A stretch of DNA of 64,000 nt from Takakia lepidozioides (Eukaryota > Plantae > Bryophyta): contig CM060731.1 in the NCBI GenBank assembly GCA_030704615.1, positions 65,038,001 to 65,102,000 on the forward strand, given 5' to 3'. A model generated the notes under the pieces. The model ran no database searches. It was not told the DNA's origin and saw nothing but the letters and a program-made list of their open reading frames with translations. Below, in pieces: positions 25,659 through 37,808 of the stretch. A program made the translations under genes and the position numbers. Position 1 is the stretch's first letter. The number at the start of each line of letters is the position of its first letter.

Positions 25659-26984
25659 CCAGTGAACGGGCCACGTTGGCCGACTCTGCCCTGTGCGCGG
25701 CCATAGGGCTCGCCCAAAGGCTGCTTACAGGGCAGAATCGGCCAAACACGGCCCGTTCTCTAGTAAGTTCAGGAAGGGAGGCCTGAGCAGGCAAAAGCGC
25801 CGGGCACAGGAGCAGAATTGGGTCTCAAAGAGCCGCCCAGGCTGCCGCGGGCGGGCCGCCTAGGAGGCAGGTTGGGCGCCCATGGTAACTAGTAACTACC
25901 GCCTATGCTTTTATTAATGAAACCTTGGTAAGATAATTAATGTTTACTACTACTTCGATTATTTACTATGGTTGCAGATTAAGGTTATTTGGCTAGAAAT
26001 GGTTTTATTTTATTTTATTTTATTTTATAAAGGGGATGAAGCCCCGATATTTTATTGCTAAAAATAAACCCCTGAGGGGGCCATAAGGCATACACACCTA
26101 ATGGTGAGGGACGAACCCAAGACTTTAACATAGAGAGACCCATCCGGGTGGATGAAAAACCGGTGTTTGAGACCCTAGGGCTACTCCTAGAGCCTAGGCG
26201 CGATGTAGAGCTCGCGTGTTGCGAGCTCCTGAACGAGGGTGGGGAGCTGTGAAGCAGTGAAATGAATCAAGAATGATCATTAGGAAGGAAGATTGAAAAA
26301 TCCTAAGATTGGAAGAACATAGAGAAAGAGGGAGACTGGACCGGCTGAATCGAGGGAAGAACAGGGAGACCAGAAGGCTGGCAAAGGGAGACGATCTATA
26401 GTGTGGCAGAGAAGAAATGAAGAGAGCCTACAACGAATTGGAGCCTAGACTGGCTGCTTGAAAAGGGGGAGATGAAAACAATGTAGAAGCCTAATTGAGA
26501 CTCGGTACATGCAAGGAATAAAAAAAAAAATAGAGACGACGAGCGAATGCTGCAGGCAGCCGAGTGACTCAAAGAAGCTTAGTTGCCAAAGCTGAGCCTG
26601 GTGGAGCGGCTTCCACCCACGTGCTTCCAGTTCACTTCTCTGTCGAACTTAGGTGAGTCAAGGTATCGGTATTGTTGCCCTCTGCCAGGAGATAGGCGGG
26701 CCTCTGGTCCACTGGCAGCTTGACGACAAAGCGCAGCTGCATAGGATGTCGTCTCTGCCCCACGAGCGTTGGAATTTGTTGAGGAGCCTAGGTTCAGCCT
26801 CTGCATCCCTACTGATGTCTGCAATAAATTTTATCCAAGCTTTCCTCCCTTCAACTTGAACTTCATGGAATATGGTGGATAGCAAGACAGAGAGACATGC
26901 TCTCTCCCCACTCATTGTCCAATTGCATCTAACCTTCCAGATATTCCATAGTGTTATTGATCTGAAAGATTCAAAGACAGGGCA

Positions 26985-27714
26985 TGTCGCGGCCCTTTGC
27001 CTTGAGGGGTAGGGGGTTGGGACACAAGAGGGGCTGCCCCTGTGGTGGGGGTAGTGGCAGCGATAGGTATGGGGGGGCTGAAGCACCCTTGAGTGCCCAA
27101 GGCACTCAAGGAGGCGGAGGCACTCACTAGGTGGAGCCCCGCACACCGGGTTGCGGTGGGGGTGGCTCCACAAGGGGTGGTGGTAGCTTAGCGGGACTTA
27201 GTGGGGGTGGCGTAGGACTCACCCTGGGGCGGAGACCTCGTGGTGGGAGTCGTGGGGAGTCTTGGGACTCATCACGGTCCATAGGGGCCGTGGTGGGTGG
27301 GCCAAGACTCACCGCGACTCATCACCGGGAATCGAGGGTGTTCGTGGTGGTTCGCCATAAAATGGCATGGTTGTTTGTGAAACCCCCGCGGACAGCTACA
27401 GAAGTATATATAGGGAGTAGTAACCCCGAGAACGGTGCAAGCCCGTTGGTGACCAAAAACTAGTGAGTAAGCGAGCGAGCCGGAAAGCGACCAAAGAGTG
27501 GGGAGCTGTTCCGGACTGCCAACTACCAAAGGGAATTCCGCTGGTTCCAAATTGTTGGAGGGTTCTTTGGGAGATCAAAGGGGGGGCCGTTATGCCCCGG
27601 TGAGCAGCTGGAGCTCCAAGTTGGCCCGGCGGCCAGGTTGGGAGTTAGGAGCGCGCATCAAGCGAGTAACTATGACTTGAGGGGGGGGAGCTTACCGAAG
27701 TGAGGTGCGCGACA
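26985..27714 (+). repeat. 5' LTR (730 bp)
   Basis: tgtcgc...gcgaca termini. Direct repeat of 33227-33954. Confidence 0.97.
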
Positions 27715-27716
27715 CT

Positions 27717-27728
27717 TGGTATCAGAGC
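27717..27728 (+). promoter_or_regulatory. Primer-binding site complementary to tRNA-iMet
   Basis: TGGTATCAGAGC, 2 nt after the 5' LTR. Confidence 0.95.
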
Positions 27729-27873
27729 TTAGAGTTCAATACACGATCGTCCTTGGGATTGGCCTCATCATGGGGTCGGGCAAGTCAAACAAAAGCGGAA
27801 CGGCCCAAAAGATGATGATCCTGGTGAGCCCGATGGGGGCGACCTGTCACCGAGGCGGCCGTTTGAGGAAGCG

Positions 27874-30800
27874 ATGCATGTTTCCGAAAACGAGGCCGCT
27901 CAAGAGCGGGGGGAATTTGAGGAGTCGGAGCCTGAGGAATCCCTGAGAGCTCCGACCGACCAACAGATGCCTCCCATGCCGGCAGCCTTTTGGGAAGGGT
28001 TGTTGGCGCAATTTGGCGGGACGTTGAAAGAGGTGTTGAAGGTGGCTAATGCCACTTCCACTAAGGCAAAATTTAAGGTGAAGCCTAAGGAACCTTCGAG
28101 GGCGTCCAAAATCGGAAGGCACTCAACACCTGGCTCTTGGAGCTAGAGCAGTACTTCCGGGCGGCCAAGTTGAGTGACGAGGATCGGGTGGAAGTGGCTC
28201 CCACCTATTTGAGGGGCTATGCTCAGCAATGGTGGCAGAAACGCCTTCACGACCGAGGTCCAAGCCCGGAAACCTTGAACTGGAGTGGGTTCAAGGAATT
28301 GATGAAGAGGCAATTTGTGCCCATCAACGCGTCCTGGCTCGCCCGGGACAAGATGAGGAATTTGAAGCAAACAGATGACATTCGGGGATATGTCCAGGCT
28401 TTCAATGTGCTGTTGCTCAAAGTCGCGAACATGGCAGAACCAGAAATGGTCTTCAACTTTGTGGCGGGACTGGCCCCATGGGCCAGGCGGAAGTTGGAGG
28501 ATAAGCCACCTAAGACTTTGAACGAGGCAATTGAGAGGGCTGAATGTTTCTCGGACGTCCCTAAGGGTGAAAGACAAGGCTGTACGGAGCTTAACCACAA
28601 GAAGACCCGGCGGGAAGGTGACTCTTTCCGACCAGAAAAGAAGTGGGATAGGCCACGCGGCGATAATGGCACGTGGAAATCGAAGGGAGGGCCCTCACAA
28701 GTCAAGGCGGCACCCGGTGCTTCGAAAGGAAAAGCGGGTGGAGTGGCCTATGGCGGACAGAAGGCGACCTTTGATGGAGTGTGTTTCAATTGCGGGGAGC
28801 CCGGGCACATGGCTAAGAAGTGCATGAAGCCCCGGCAATTGAACATGACTCGGGCGACCACGGAGCTGTCGGAAGATACCATCAGTCGCTTGGTGGAAGC
28901 GGTGGTCGCCAGGACTTGCAAGGTAGGCAAATTTTCTTGTGAGTTGTATCAGGAAACTGACGCCTTACGTAAAGGGAGTCAGTTATTGTTCGTGGATGGG
29001 ATAATATCTGGAACTAACGTGTCGTTGTTGGTGGACACAGGAGCGTCGCACTCCTTCATGACACCGGCAACGGCACAAAAGCTGGGACTCCCGACAAGTG
29101 ACGTGGGGGCCTCTATTGAGGTGCGTTCTTCCAAAGGAGAACCGCAATTGGCGACAAGGTTGGCGTTTGATGTTCATCTTCAACTGGGGAGTTGGGAGGG
29201 ACGTGAGAACTTCACCATCTGCGAGATCGATGGAGTGGATCTCATTTTGGGGATGATATTTTTGAGCAAATCCGGAGCGGTCATAGATGGCCGCAAGAGA
29301 GTAGTCACGCTGCCATGTGGGTATGGTGGCGAGGTCTTACGAGTGTCGGAAACGCCCAAACCCGTGGGAGGGCGAATAAACCTTCTGTCAGCAAGGGAGT
29401 GGGCCGTGGAGGAGGCACACGAGCCCCAGTTTTTGCTCTACATTAGAGAAGTGAAGGGAGAAGGCGATGGGGAGCCGAGCCCAGATTGGATCAAGGGGAT
29501 TTTGGAGAAATACCAGGATGTGATGCCGGAGGATTTACCAAGCGGCTTGCCACCGCGAAGAGGAGTTGACCACAAGATTGAGGTGATACCGGGATCGGAA
29601 CCGCCTGCCAAGGCGCCCTACCGGTTGAGCCACAGAGAGTTGGTCGAGCTGAAGACTCAGCTCAAAGATCTAATGTCAAAGGGGTACATCCGGCCGAGTA
29701 AGTCACCTTACGGAGCCCCGGTGCTATTCGCAGACAAGAAGGATGGGACGCTGCGGATGTGTGTCGATTACAGGGCTTTGAATAAGGTGACTATAAAAAA
29801 CCGGTACCCTTTGCCAAGGATCGACGACCTTTTTGATCGGTTGGCAGGAGCGAAGTATTTCAGCCGGATCGATCTGCGCTCCGGCTATCATCAAATTCGA
29901 GTGGCGGAAGGAGATGAGGAGAAGACCGCGTGCAGGACAAGGTATGGTTCATATGAGTTCTTGGTGATGCCTTTTGGACTCACCAATGCTCCCGCGACCT
30001 TTAGCACGCTGATGAACAGCCTTTTCCAGGAGTGGTTGGATGACTTTGTGATCGTGTACATCGACGACATCTTGGTGTATTCGAAAACAAAGGAGGAGCA
30101 CCTGGAGCACCTCAAAAGGGTGTTCCAGAAATTGCGGGAAGGGAAGCTGTATGCCAAAGCTTCAAAGTGCGAATTTGGGTCACAAAAGTGGAGTTCCTAG
30201 GGCATGTGATTACACAGGATGGGATCAGAATGGATGACAGGAAGGTGAGGGCAATCTTGGACTGGGAGCCTCCGACTTCGGTCCCGGGAGTGCGATCCTT
30301 CCTAGGACTCGCCTCCTATTACCGGAAGTATGTGAGAAATTTCGCCAAGATCGCAGGGCCGCTGTCAGACCTTCTGTGTAAATCCAAAGTCTGGGCATGG
30401 AACACCTTTTGTGGCCAAGCTTTTGCTGAATTGAAGCAGCGGATGGCGGAAGCTCCAGTCTTGAAAATCCTGGGGTTCGATCGTCCGTTCGAGATTCATA
30501 CAGATGCGTCGGACTTCGCGATTGGGGGTGTACTGATGCAAGATGGACGTCCAGTGGCTTACGAAAGTAAGAAACTGAATGAAGTGGAGCGATGGTGGCC
30601 GACGCACGAGAAAGAGATGAAGGCGGTGGTGCACTGTCTTGAGCTTTGGCGCCACTATGTTGGTTCCAACCCAGTGAAGGTGTTCACGGACAATGTCACG
30701 GTGAAGTATTTTGCCACGCAGCCCAAGTTGTCCCCAAAACAACTTAGGTGGCAAGATACTTTGGCGGTGTTCGACGTGGATATCCAGTACAAACCGGGAC

Positions 30801-32321
30801 GGGACAACGTGGTGGCCGATGCTTTAAGTAGAAAGCAGCAGCTCATGTTGGTGTACAAGGGCGAGACGGCGCTCCAAAGGAAGATCCGGAAGCTTGCCGG
30901 AAGGATGAGCTGGCGAAGTCCGTGATGCAGGACTTGAGGATGGGGGTTAAATCGCAGTTCCACTTGCAAAATGGACTGCTCCGGTATAAGCAAAAGCATC
31001 TCTACGTGCCGAAGGGAGGGATCAGAGATAGCCTCTTGAGAGAATGCCATGATAGCCCGCTTGCGGGCCACGGCGGAGCCAAGCGCACTGCGGCACTCTT
31101 GAAGAAAGAGTATTTCTGGCCCAAACTGAGGGAGGAGGCAGAGGAGTATGTCAAGACATGCACCACATGCCAACAAAACCGGAGCGAGTACAAAAAGCAA
31201 GCGGGGCTGTTACAACCCTTGCCGATTCCAGAGGGGACTTGGGAAAGCGTCTCGATGGATTTCATGACTGCTATGCCGCTGTCAAAAGGATTCGATGCAA
31301 TCATGGTGGTGGTGGATAGGTTCAATAAAATAGGCCATTTCATCCCCACCAAGGAGACGGCAACGGCGCAAGAAACAACGCGACTTTACTTCGCCCACGT
31401 CTTAAAGCATCATGGAGTCCCGAAGGATATTGTCTCGGACCGCGATCCAAAGTTTACGAGTAAATTTTGGAGGGCACTTTGGAAGAAGATGGGGACGAGG
31501 CTGAAGATGAGCACCGCCTTCCGACCTACGACCGACGGCCAAACAGAAAGAGTGAATTCCGTAGTGAAACAGATCTTACGGAATTACGTGTCGGCAGACC
31601 AAACAGACTGGGTGGAACACTTAGACGCGTCAGAGTTCTGTTATATAACACAGAACACTCCGCAACGGGAGTTTCCCCTTCTGTATTGGTCTATGGAAAA
31701 GCACCTCTGGTGCCGACAAGTTGGGCCGCCCAGGACGTTGAGGAACCGGCAGTAGCGGCGGTACTGGAAGAACGCGAGCGTTTGTTGAAGCTCGCAAAGT
31801 ACAACATTGCCAAAGCTAGGAAACGGTATGAAAGGCAGACGAATCGGAAGCGGAGGGAAGTGAAGTTTGAGGCAGGCACGGAGGTCTGGTTGAACATCAA
31901 GAATTTCCGACTACCTCCGGAAGTGAGTCCAAAGTTCGTACCTCTGTATGCGGGACCCTTTCGCATCCGGAAGGTTATGAATGAGGATGTGTATGAATTG
32001 GAGTTGCCGGCAAACAGCAAGGTGCATCCAGTATTCCACGTCTCCCTTTTGAAGCCTTACTTCAAAGATGAAGCGCGTCCGAATCGGCATCAAGTGTTGC
32101 GTCCGCCACCTGTGCTGTTGGATCATAAAAATGAACCTGAGTATGAGGTGGAGGCAGTACTTAAGTCGAGGAGGTTCAAGAACCAAGAAACGGAGTATCT
32201 CGTCAAATGGAAAGGCTATCATCATGTGGAGGCATCTTGGGTGCGTGCCTCAGAAATGGGAAACGCATCCGAGGCGGTTGCAGTTTTCAAAGGGCGACCT
32301 CAAAAGCAAAAGAAGCGTTGA
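27874..32321 (+). pseudogene. gag-pol polyprotein with chromodomain, frameshifted
   Basis: Zinc knuckle [14 protein letters not shown], protease LVDTGAS, RT YIDD, RNase H TDASD, integrase H..H..CTTC/SMDF/SDRD/QTE, GPF motif, chromodomain EYEVEAVL...YLVKWKGY...SW. Frameshifts near 28100, 30180, 30905 and 31645. Confidence 0.95.
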
Positions 32322-33226
32322 TGGGGACATCAACCTTGGAGCGTGGGGGAGGAAATGCATGCTTAGCCCGGCTTAGCTAGCTTAGGCATCCGATTGCAAA
32401 AACTTGTATTGTACAAAAATTTGTTATAAGGAAATGGGTTCCAAATGTTGTGCGTCCTATTTTGTTTGGAATGTTGATGCATGATGTGGTTGGCTAGTGT
32501 GTAGAATGCATGCTAGCTTACAAAAGTGGGAGAGGTCAATTGGGTTAATTGTGTGTTTGCGCAGTGCCGAAATCGGGTGACTCCCATCCAAGGGGCAAGG
32601 AAACTTGCGCCTTCTTTAGGAGTTCACGTGCTAGTGCGCACCTGGCGCTTGCGCATACTATAACTGCGCTACCGAGGGGGTTGCTTTGTAGTGCGGGCTA
32701 ACGCGGAAGCTACGTGCTTCCGTTCACGTACTATGATCGTGTAGCCTCGGGACGAAGTCGTAGTGCGGCTTCGGCGTGTTCCCGTACCTCAGGCCAACAT
32801 TCCAAGGCGGACCCAATTGTAATGATTGGGGCGCGCGGTTGGTTCAAGTCTATCTTCCTAGTCAAAGAGGGTTCGAGGTGAACCCTTGCTCAAGGTGATG
32901 CCAAAAGCGGCATCATGAGCGGTCGCAAGCAATGTTGTTGCAGTAAGGCGATTCGATCCTCGGGGAGGATCGTTCCTTGGCCTTGAAGTAGGCCAAGAAG
33001 AGTGCACTGGGAGGAGCTTGAGAGGCTCCACCCTTGGCCGGGACTTGGAGGAAGTCGGCCAAACTAGCTAGTGGAGAGTAGAGTCAAGTGTGGGGTTTGG
33101 TTCTTTGCCATGGGACGCCATGGTACGGAAACAAACTCCTTGATGTGGGACGCCACAACTTGGATGTTCGTTTCCACAAAATGGACAAGCCGATGAGGAC
33201 ATCGACTCCCTGTTGGTAGGGGTGTG

Positions 33227-33954
33227 TGTCGTGGCCCTTTGCCTTGAGGGCAGGGGGTCGGGACACAAGAGGGGCTGCCCCTATGGTGGGGGCAGTGGCA
33301 GCGATAGGTATGGGGGGCTGAAGCACCCTTGAGTGCCCAAGGCACTCAAGGAGGCAGAGGCGCTCACTAGGTGGAGCCCCGCACACCGGGTTGCGGTGGG
33401 GGTGGCTCCACAAGGGGTGGTGGTAGCTTAGCGGGACTTAGTGGGGGTGGCGTAGGACTCACCCTGGGGCGGAGACCTCGTGGTGGGAGTCGTGGGGAGT
33501 CTTGGGACTCATCACGGTCCATAGGGGCCGTGGTGGGTGGGCCAAGACTCACCGCGACTCATCACCAGGAATCGAGGGTGTTCGTGGTGGTTCGCCATAA
33601 AATGGCATGGTTGTTTGTGAAACCCCCGCGGACAGCTACAGAAGTATATATAGGGAGTAGTAACCCCGAGAACGGTGCAAGCCCGTTGGTGACCAAAAAC
33701 TAGTGAGTAAGCGAGCGAGCCGGAAAGCGACCAAAGAGTGGGGAGCTGTTCCGGACTGCCAACTACCAAAGGGAATTCCGCTGGTTCCAAATCGTTGGAG
33801 GGTTCTTTGAGAGATCAAAGGGGGGACCGTTATGCCCCGGTGAGCAGCCGGAGCTCCAAGTTGGCCCAGCGGCCAGGTTGGGAGTTAGGCGCGCGCATCA
33901 AGCGAGTAACTATGACTTGAGGGGGGGGAGCTTACCGAAGTGAGGTGCGCGACA
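33227..33954 (+). repeat. 3' LTR (728 bp)
   Basis: Direct repeat of the 5' LTR, with roughly 14 substitutions and 2 single-base indels by eye. Preceded by purine-rich ggtagggg. Confidence 0.97.
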
Positions 33955-34248
33955 GGGCACCGACTAAAAATTTGCTGAGACTATGTATCATAATTCAGTA
34001 GCTTGTTGTAAATTGTTGAGGGAGACTCTTGTTTCCAGATCTGCATCATGGCCAGGAGATGAGGCCATGTTTTCGAGGGTATGGTACAATGAAAGAGGCA
34101 ATGCTCCAACGATTCCAAGATTCCATGGCCGCAACATTTACATAGTAATGCCTTCGAAAAAGACAACCAGGCTCCAACCTTAATTACCCTGTTACTAGTT
34201 GCCAAAGGAATACATCCACGTTCGTTGGCCTGGCCTTATTCCAGAAAT

Positions 34249-34642
34249 TAAGCGACCGCCATATGGCGGTCGCTTGTTTTTTAAATATTTGCAAAATTAT
34301 GCGACCGCCAATACGGCGGTCGCTTGTTTTCTTTTTTAAATTAGGCAACTGCCAATGACTGCCAATCTTGCTGTTTTAAAAAAAAATAATAATATTGGCG
34401 GTCGCTCTTACTTTTTTTTATTTCAAAAAATAAAGCGACCACCAGAATTGGCGGTCGCTTTCATTTTATTAATTTTCAAAATATATTTGTCACCGCCACT
34501 GTGTCGGCGACGTGGCTGCTTGTATTTTACCTAGTAATATTTTTACCAGAATATTCCTGGAACCTGACGTGACGGAGGTCCCGTCAGCGTTAGGTCTGAC
34601 GTGACCTGACGCTGACTAACAGACGTGATGCTGTCAACAGGG
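34249..34642. repeat. GCGACCGCC inverted-repeat cluster, copy 2
   Basis: Homologous to 4686-5040 and extends further, to ...gctgtcaacaggg. Confidence 0.55.
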
Positions 34643-34719
34643 TAATCAAGTGCACATGCAGCGTCAACTTCGATTCAGTACCATAGTAGCAACATTAGTG
34701 CTGATGTTGAGAAGTCTAA

Positions 34720-35085
34720 TGAGAGGATGCAGCCTGTATCGGTTCCAATCTAATGACAGGGAATATGGAGCTGTGGCATCATCGTTTCTGCCACATGAAC
34801 ACAAGATCAATCAAGAAGACAATGCCTTTAGTAAATGGATTGATCATCACAGGAAATGACAAAGAGAACGATCTTTGTCCAGGGTGCATATACGGTAAGC
34901 AGCACTATTCCAGTTTCCATGCGCAAGAAGATAAAGAAAGACCAGATGACGCTGGATCATTCTTTCACGCTGATCTTTATGGACCAATGAGCGAGGACTC
35001 TTTGGAAGGAATGAAGTATTACATCTTGTTCAAAGATGATCGAACTGGATATATGTATGTCTTCTTCCTACAGTACAAGAGATCT
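34720..35085 (+). mobile_element. Ty1/copia gag-pre-integrase and integrase N-terminal fragment
   Basis: LWHHRFCHMN...CPGCIYGKQH...HADLYGPM...YYILFKDD.TGY. Confidence 0.9.
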
Positions 35086-35439
35086 TTGCTTTTTTTACAC
35101 CAGGGGTAGTTTACATCTGGCTTTTCTTACACATAATCTTGCACCCATGTATAATTTCATAGGTGTAAAATGAGCCATAAGAAAAGCCGCTTCGTGTAGA
35201 CTAGTCTACACCAAGCTCACACCTTCTGTGGTCAACGGTCGTTGACCAAGGAGGTGTCAAACAGTATACATGGCTTATCTCACACTAGTGTGAGAATGAG
35301 CCATATAGTACAAGTTAATCCACACCATGGGGGTCAACTGTATGATGACTAGACATGGTGTAAGAAAGTTTACTGGGCTTATCTCACACTAGTGTGGATT
35401 ATTCACGTTGGCAGGACACGTCGATTAAGGGACTCAAGT

Positions 35440-36108
35440 CAACTGTATGAGTATGCGTGTTGACCAGTGTTGGACTGGTATCAGGTTTTTCACATACCAG
35501 TCTGGTCCTAGTATATAGGTCTCTAAAGCAATGAGATACCAAACTACAACTGGTGCCAGACATATGTTGAAATTGATCTACCAGTCTGGTCTAAGTATTT
35601 GATGCTTTACAGTTTGGTGGTGCAATGGTATCAATCTGAGTATGCTTAATGTGATACCAATAGGTGTATATAATGAACACTGGTATGGATATCAGTATTG
35701 TAACCAGTATTGATACCAGGCCTCAGACCATATAATGCTAGTCCAACACAGTTCAAAATTGATATCAGGTTTAGAACTATATAAAAGTCCAACACTGTTT
35801 AGAATTGTTCCCACATTGTATCAGAACTTGAGCTTGCAAAAACTAAAAAATATTAAATACCAAGTGTGCCAGTACACTACATATACTAAGTGCAGGTATC
35901 ATCCTCAAAGTAACCAGCTTCTCAAGTTCGTCCTCGTTGTTGTCCAAGAGATCCTCCTCGGTAGTAAAGAAGTCCTCCATTCCCCCGGCAGTAGTAAGGC
36001 AGCCAATCCTTGCATCAGTTGACCAATTCTTGAGTATCATCACCAACTTATCTAAGTTCTGCACCCCCAGCCGACAACGCCGCAAACTAGTGAGTATGCC
36101 GGCCACAC
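35440..36108 (-). mobile_element. hAT transposon 3' part: C-terminal dimerisation domain and GATACCA subterminal repeats
   Basis: VAGILTSLRRCRLGVQNLDKLVMILKNW (hATC-type). tggtatc/gatacca motifs at 35460-35730 match those at 16600-16830. Confidence 0.75.
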
Positions 36109-36594
36109 GAGGTTTACTATTTCATGAGGCCATGAGCCTATGAGCTCATGAGCGGGCATCCGCGGAATTGGAATTTTTGTGCCTTTATTGACGGTGTTAT
36201 GTCCTCTTACCTCGATAATAGGGTCTGTTTCTCCTGGTCCAGGATGCGGAATGAGGTATTTCGGCGCCGTTATTCCACGTCACCACTGTAAAACATTGTG
36301 CAGGACAGGAAAGAGACACAAAATTGTAGCCCTCACAAGCCATTGTGCTGACAAGGTAATATATTTAGGGTCAGACGACAGTTGAACTTGCAAACTCCTT
36401 TCAACTCAACATCAAGCCCACATTGACATGACGCTCGAAATAAAAACATCAGGCAACCACAAGTTTTTATTTTGTATAGCGACTACTCCGAGCTTCCATC
36501 ATCAGAAATACCACTGCGGCATAAGAAACCTGTGGAACTACCATATCCCGGAGCCTGTGCCCTCCAATCACCCTCCACAATGATCCTTACCGTG

Positions 36595-37121
36595 CTATGC
36601 TGCTGCGTTGACATCCACAACACGAACCACCGAGTCGTCGAACCACAGGTCCAGAATTAGGAGTGGTGCAGTAGTCGTCCACTGTGCATTGCCGTTTTCT
36701 GGATTAAGATGACGAACATAAAGATACAAGATATCTATAGAGGTCACGTTCGTGAAAACATACAGATATTGGAGACCTCCTCCACAGCGTCGTGAAATTC
36801 GCAAACATCTAGGACAAACCTGTTCCGATTCTCCCTTAGTGTCAACAATATATTCCCTGGCCCAGAAGAGTGAGTGAGCAACTCAAGAGCCATATCCGGT
36901 AGCAAATAATGTGGAGGTGCAGTATAGTTATGGTAGTAAGACCTCCAGAACTCGCCGCAGCAACATCTCATGATGAAGAGACGAACACTCCGTCTTCCAG
37001 GTCTATCTCGCACAACAAGTATCCACTGTTGTCCACTGGCAGGCCTCACCCAAAGAGAATCCCACAGAAGTGCTCGGAAACTCGTCACCCTGCGTGTACC
37101 TTCACTGAAGTCCAACTCCAC
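36595..37121 (-). pseudogene. Hypothetical small protein (two overlapping frames), possible cargo
   Basis: ORFs 36744-37121 and 36595-36804 lie inside the palindrome-marked block. Faint resemblance to the 143-aa ORF. Confidence 0.3.
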
Positions 37122-37479
37122 ATAATGTCTCCCATCACCGGCTCACGCAATCGCGATCCTCGAATCCCGCTCTGTCGAATGCATAAGGCACTTACATAGG
37201 GCGGCATTGAGGAAGTGTGCGCCTACCGGGAATGGAGAGGGACAAGTAATCACTGTTGTTTTTTAACACGGAGATGCAAACATTGAAAACCCAATGCGGA
37301 AAACCTTCTCAGGTGATCTTCTCTGGGGCAACGGCAATACGTGCCCCCATTGGCCAGCAACGGCTACCCACACAGGCGATCGAAAACGACTGGGGCTAGA
37401 AGGGGCTTGACAGAGAAGGTGCCACGACATTACGGGAAGAAATTGTGCTAAAACCACCGCCGTCCTAAAACCACCGACC

Positions 37480-37770
37480 TTGGTATTTCGGCGCCGAAAT
37501 TCCCAAGAGCAGTGTGCTAAAGTGGTGTTTTGAAGACATCCACCGGGGTATTTCGGCGCCAAAATTTCCTTTTGAAATGTGATATAGTGCCGTATTTTAT
37601 GGCGTAGAGCGGGCTATTTTGGCGCCGAAATACCCAAGTGGAATGTGCTGAAGTGCCTTGTGCTGAAGGCTTCCATCGTGATATTTTGGTGCAGTAATTC
37701 CTTCGTGGAATTTTATAAGGCCCATATTATGAAGGCGCACACTGGGCTATTTCGGCGCCGAAATTCCCAA
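37480..37770. repeat. Second phased palindrome array (5 units), 3' of the MTase gene
   Basis: Centres at 37492, 37557, 37623, 37690, 37756 (spacing 65, 66, 67, 66). Confidence 0.9.
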
Positions 37771-37808
37771 TAGGACAACCGAAACCAATACACTTACTAT
37801 GGTGCAAC

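Larger units (their letters stand above)
26985..33954 (+). mobile_element. Full-length Ty3/gypsy chromovirus (Galadriel-like), with 5-bp TSD GGGCA
   Basis: TG...CA LTRs. TSD at 26980-26984 and 33955-33959. Empty site gacagGGCAccgact at ~4390. PBS present. gag-PR-RT-RH-INT-chromodomain order. Confidence 0.97.
26003..34245 (-). mobile_element. L1 zf-RVT fragment, copy 2, split by the chromovirus insertion
   Basis: 26003-26984 plus 33960-34245 reconstitute 3412-4682. Confidence 0.85.
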
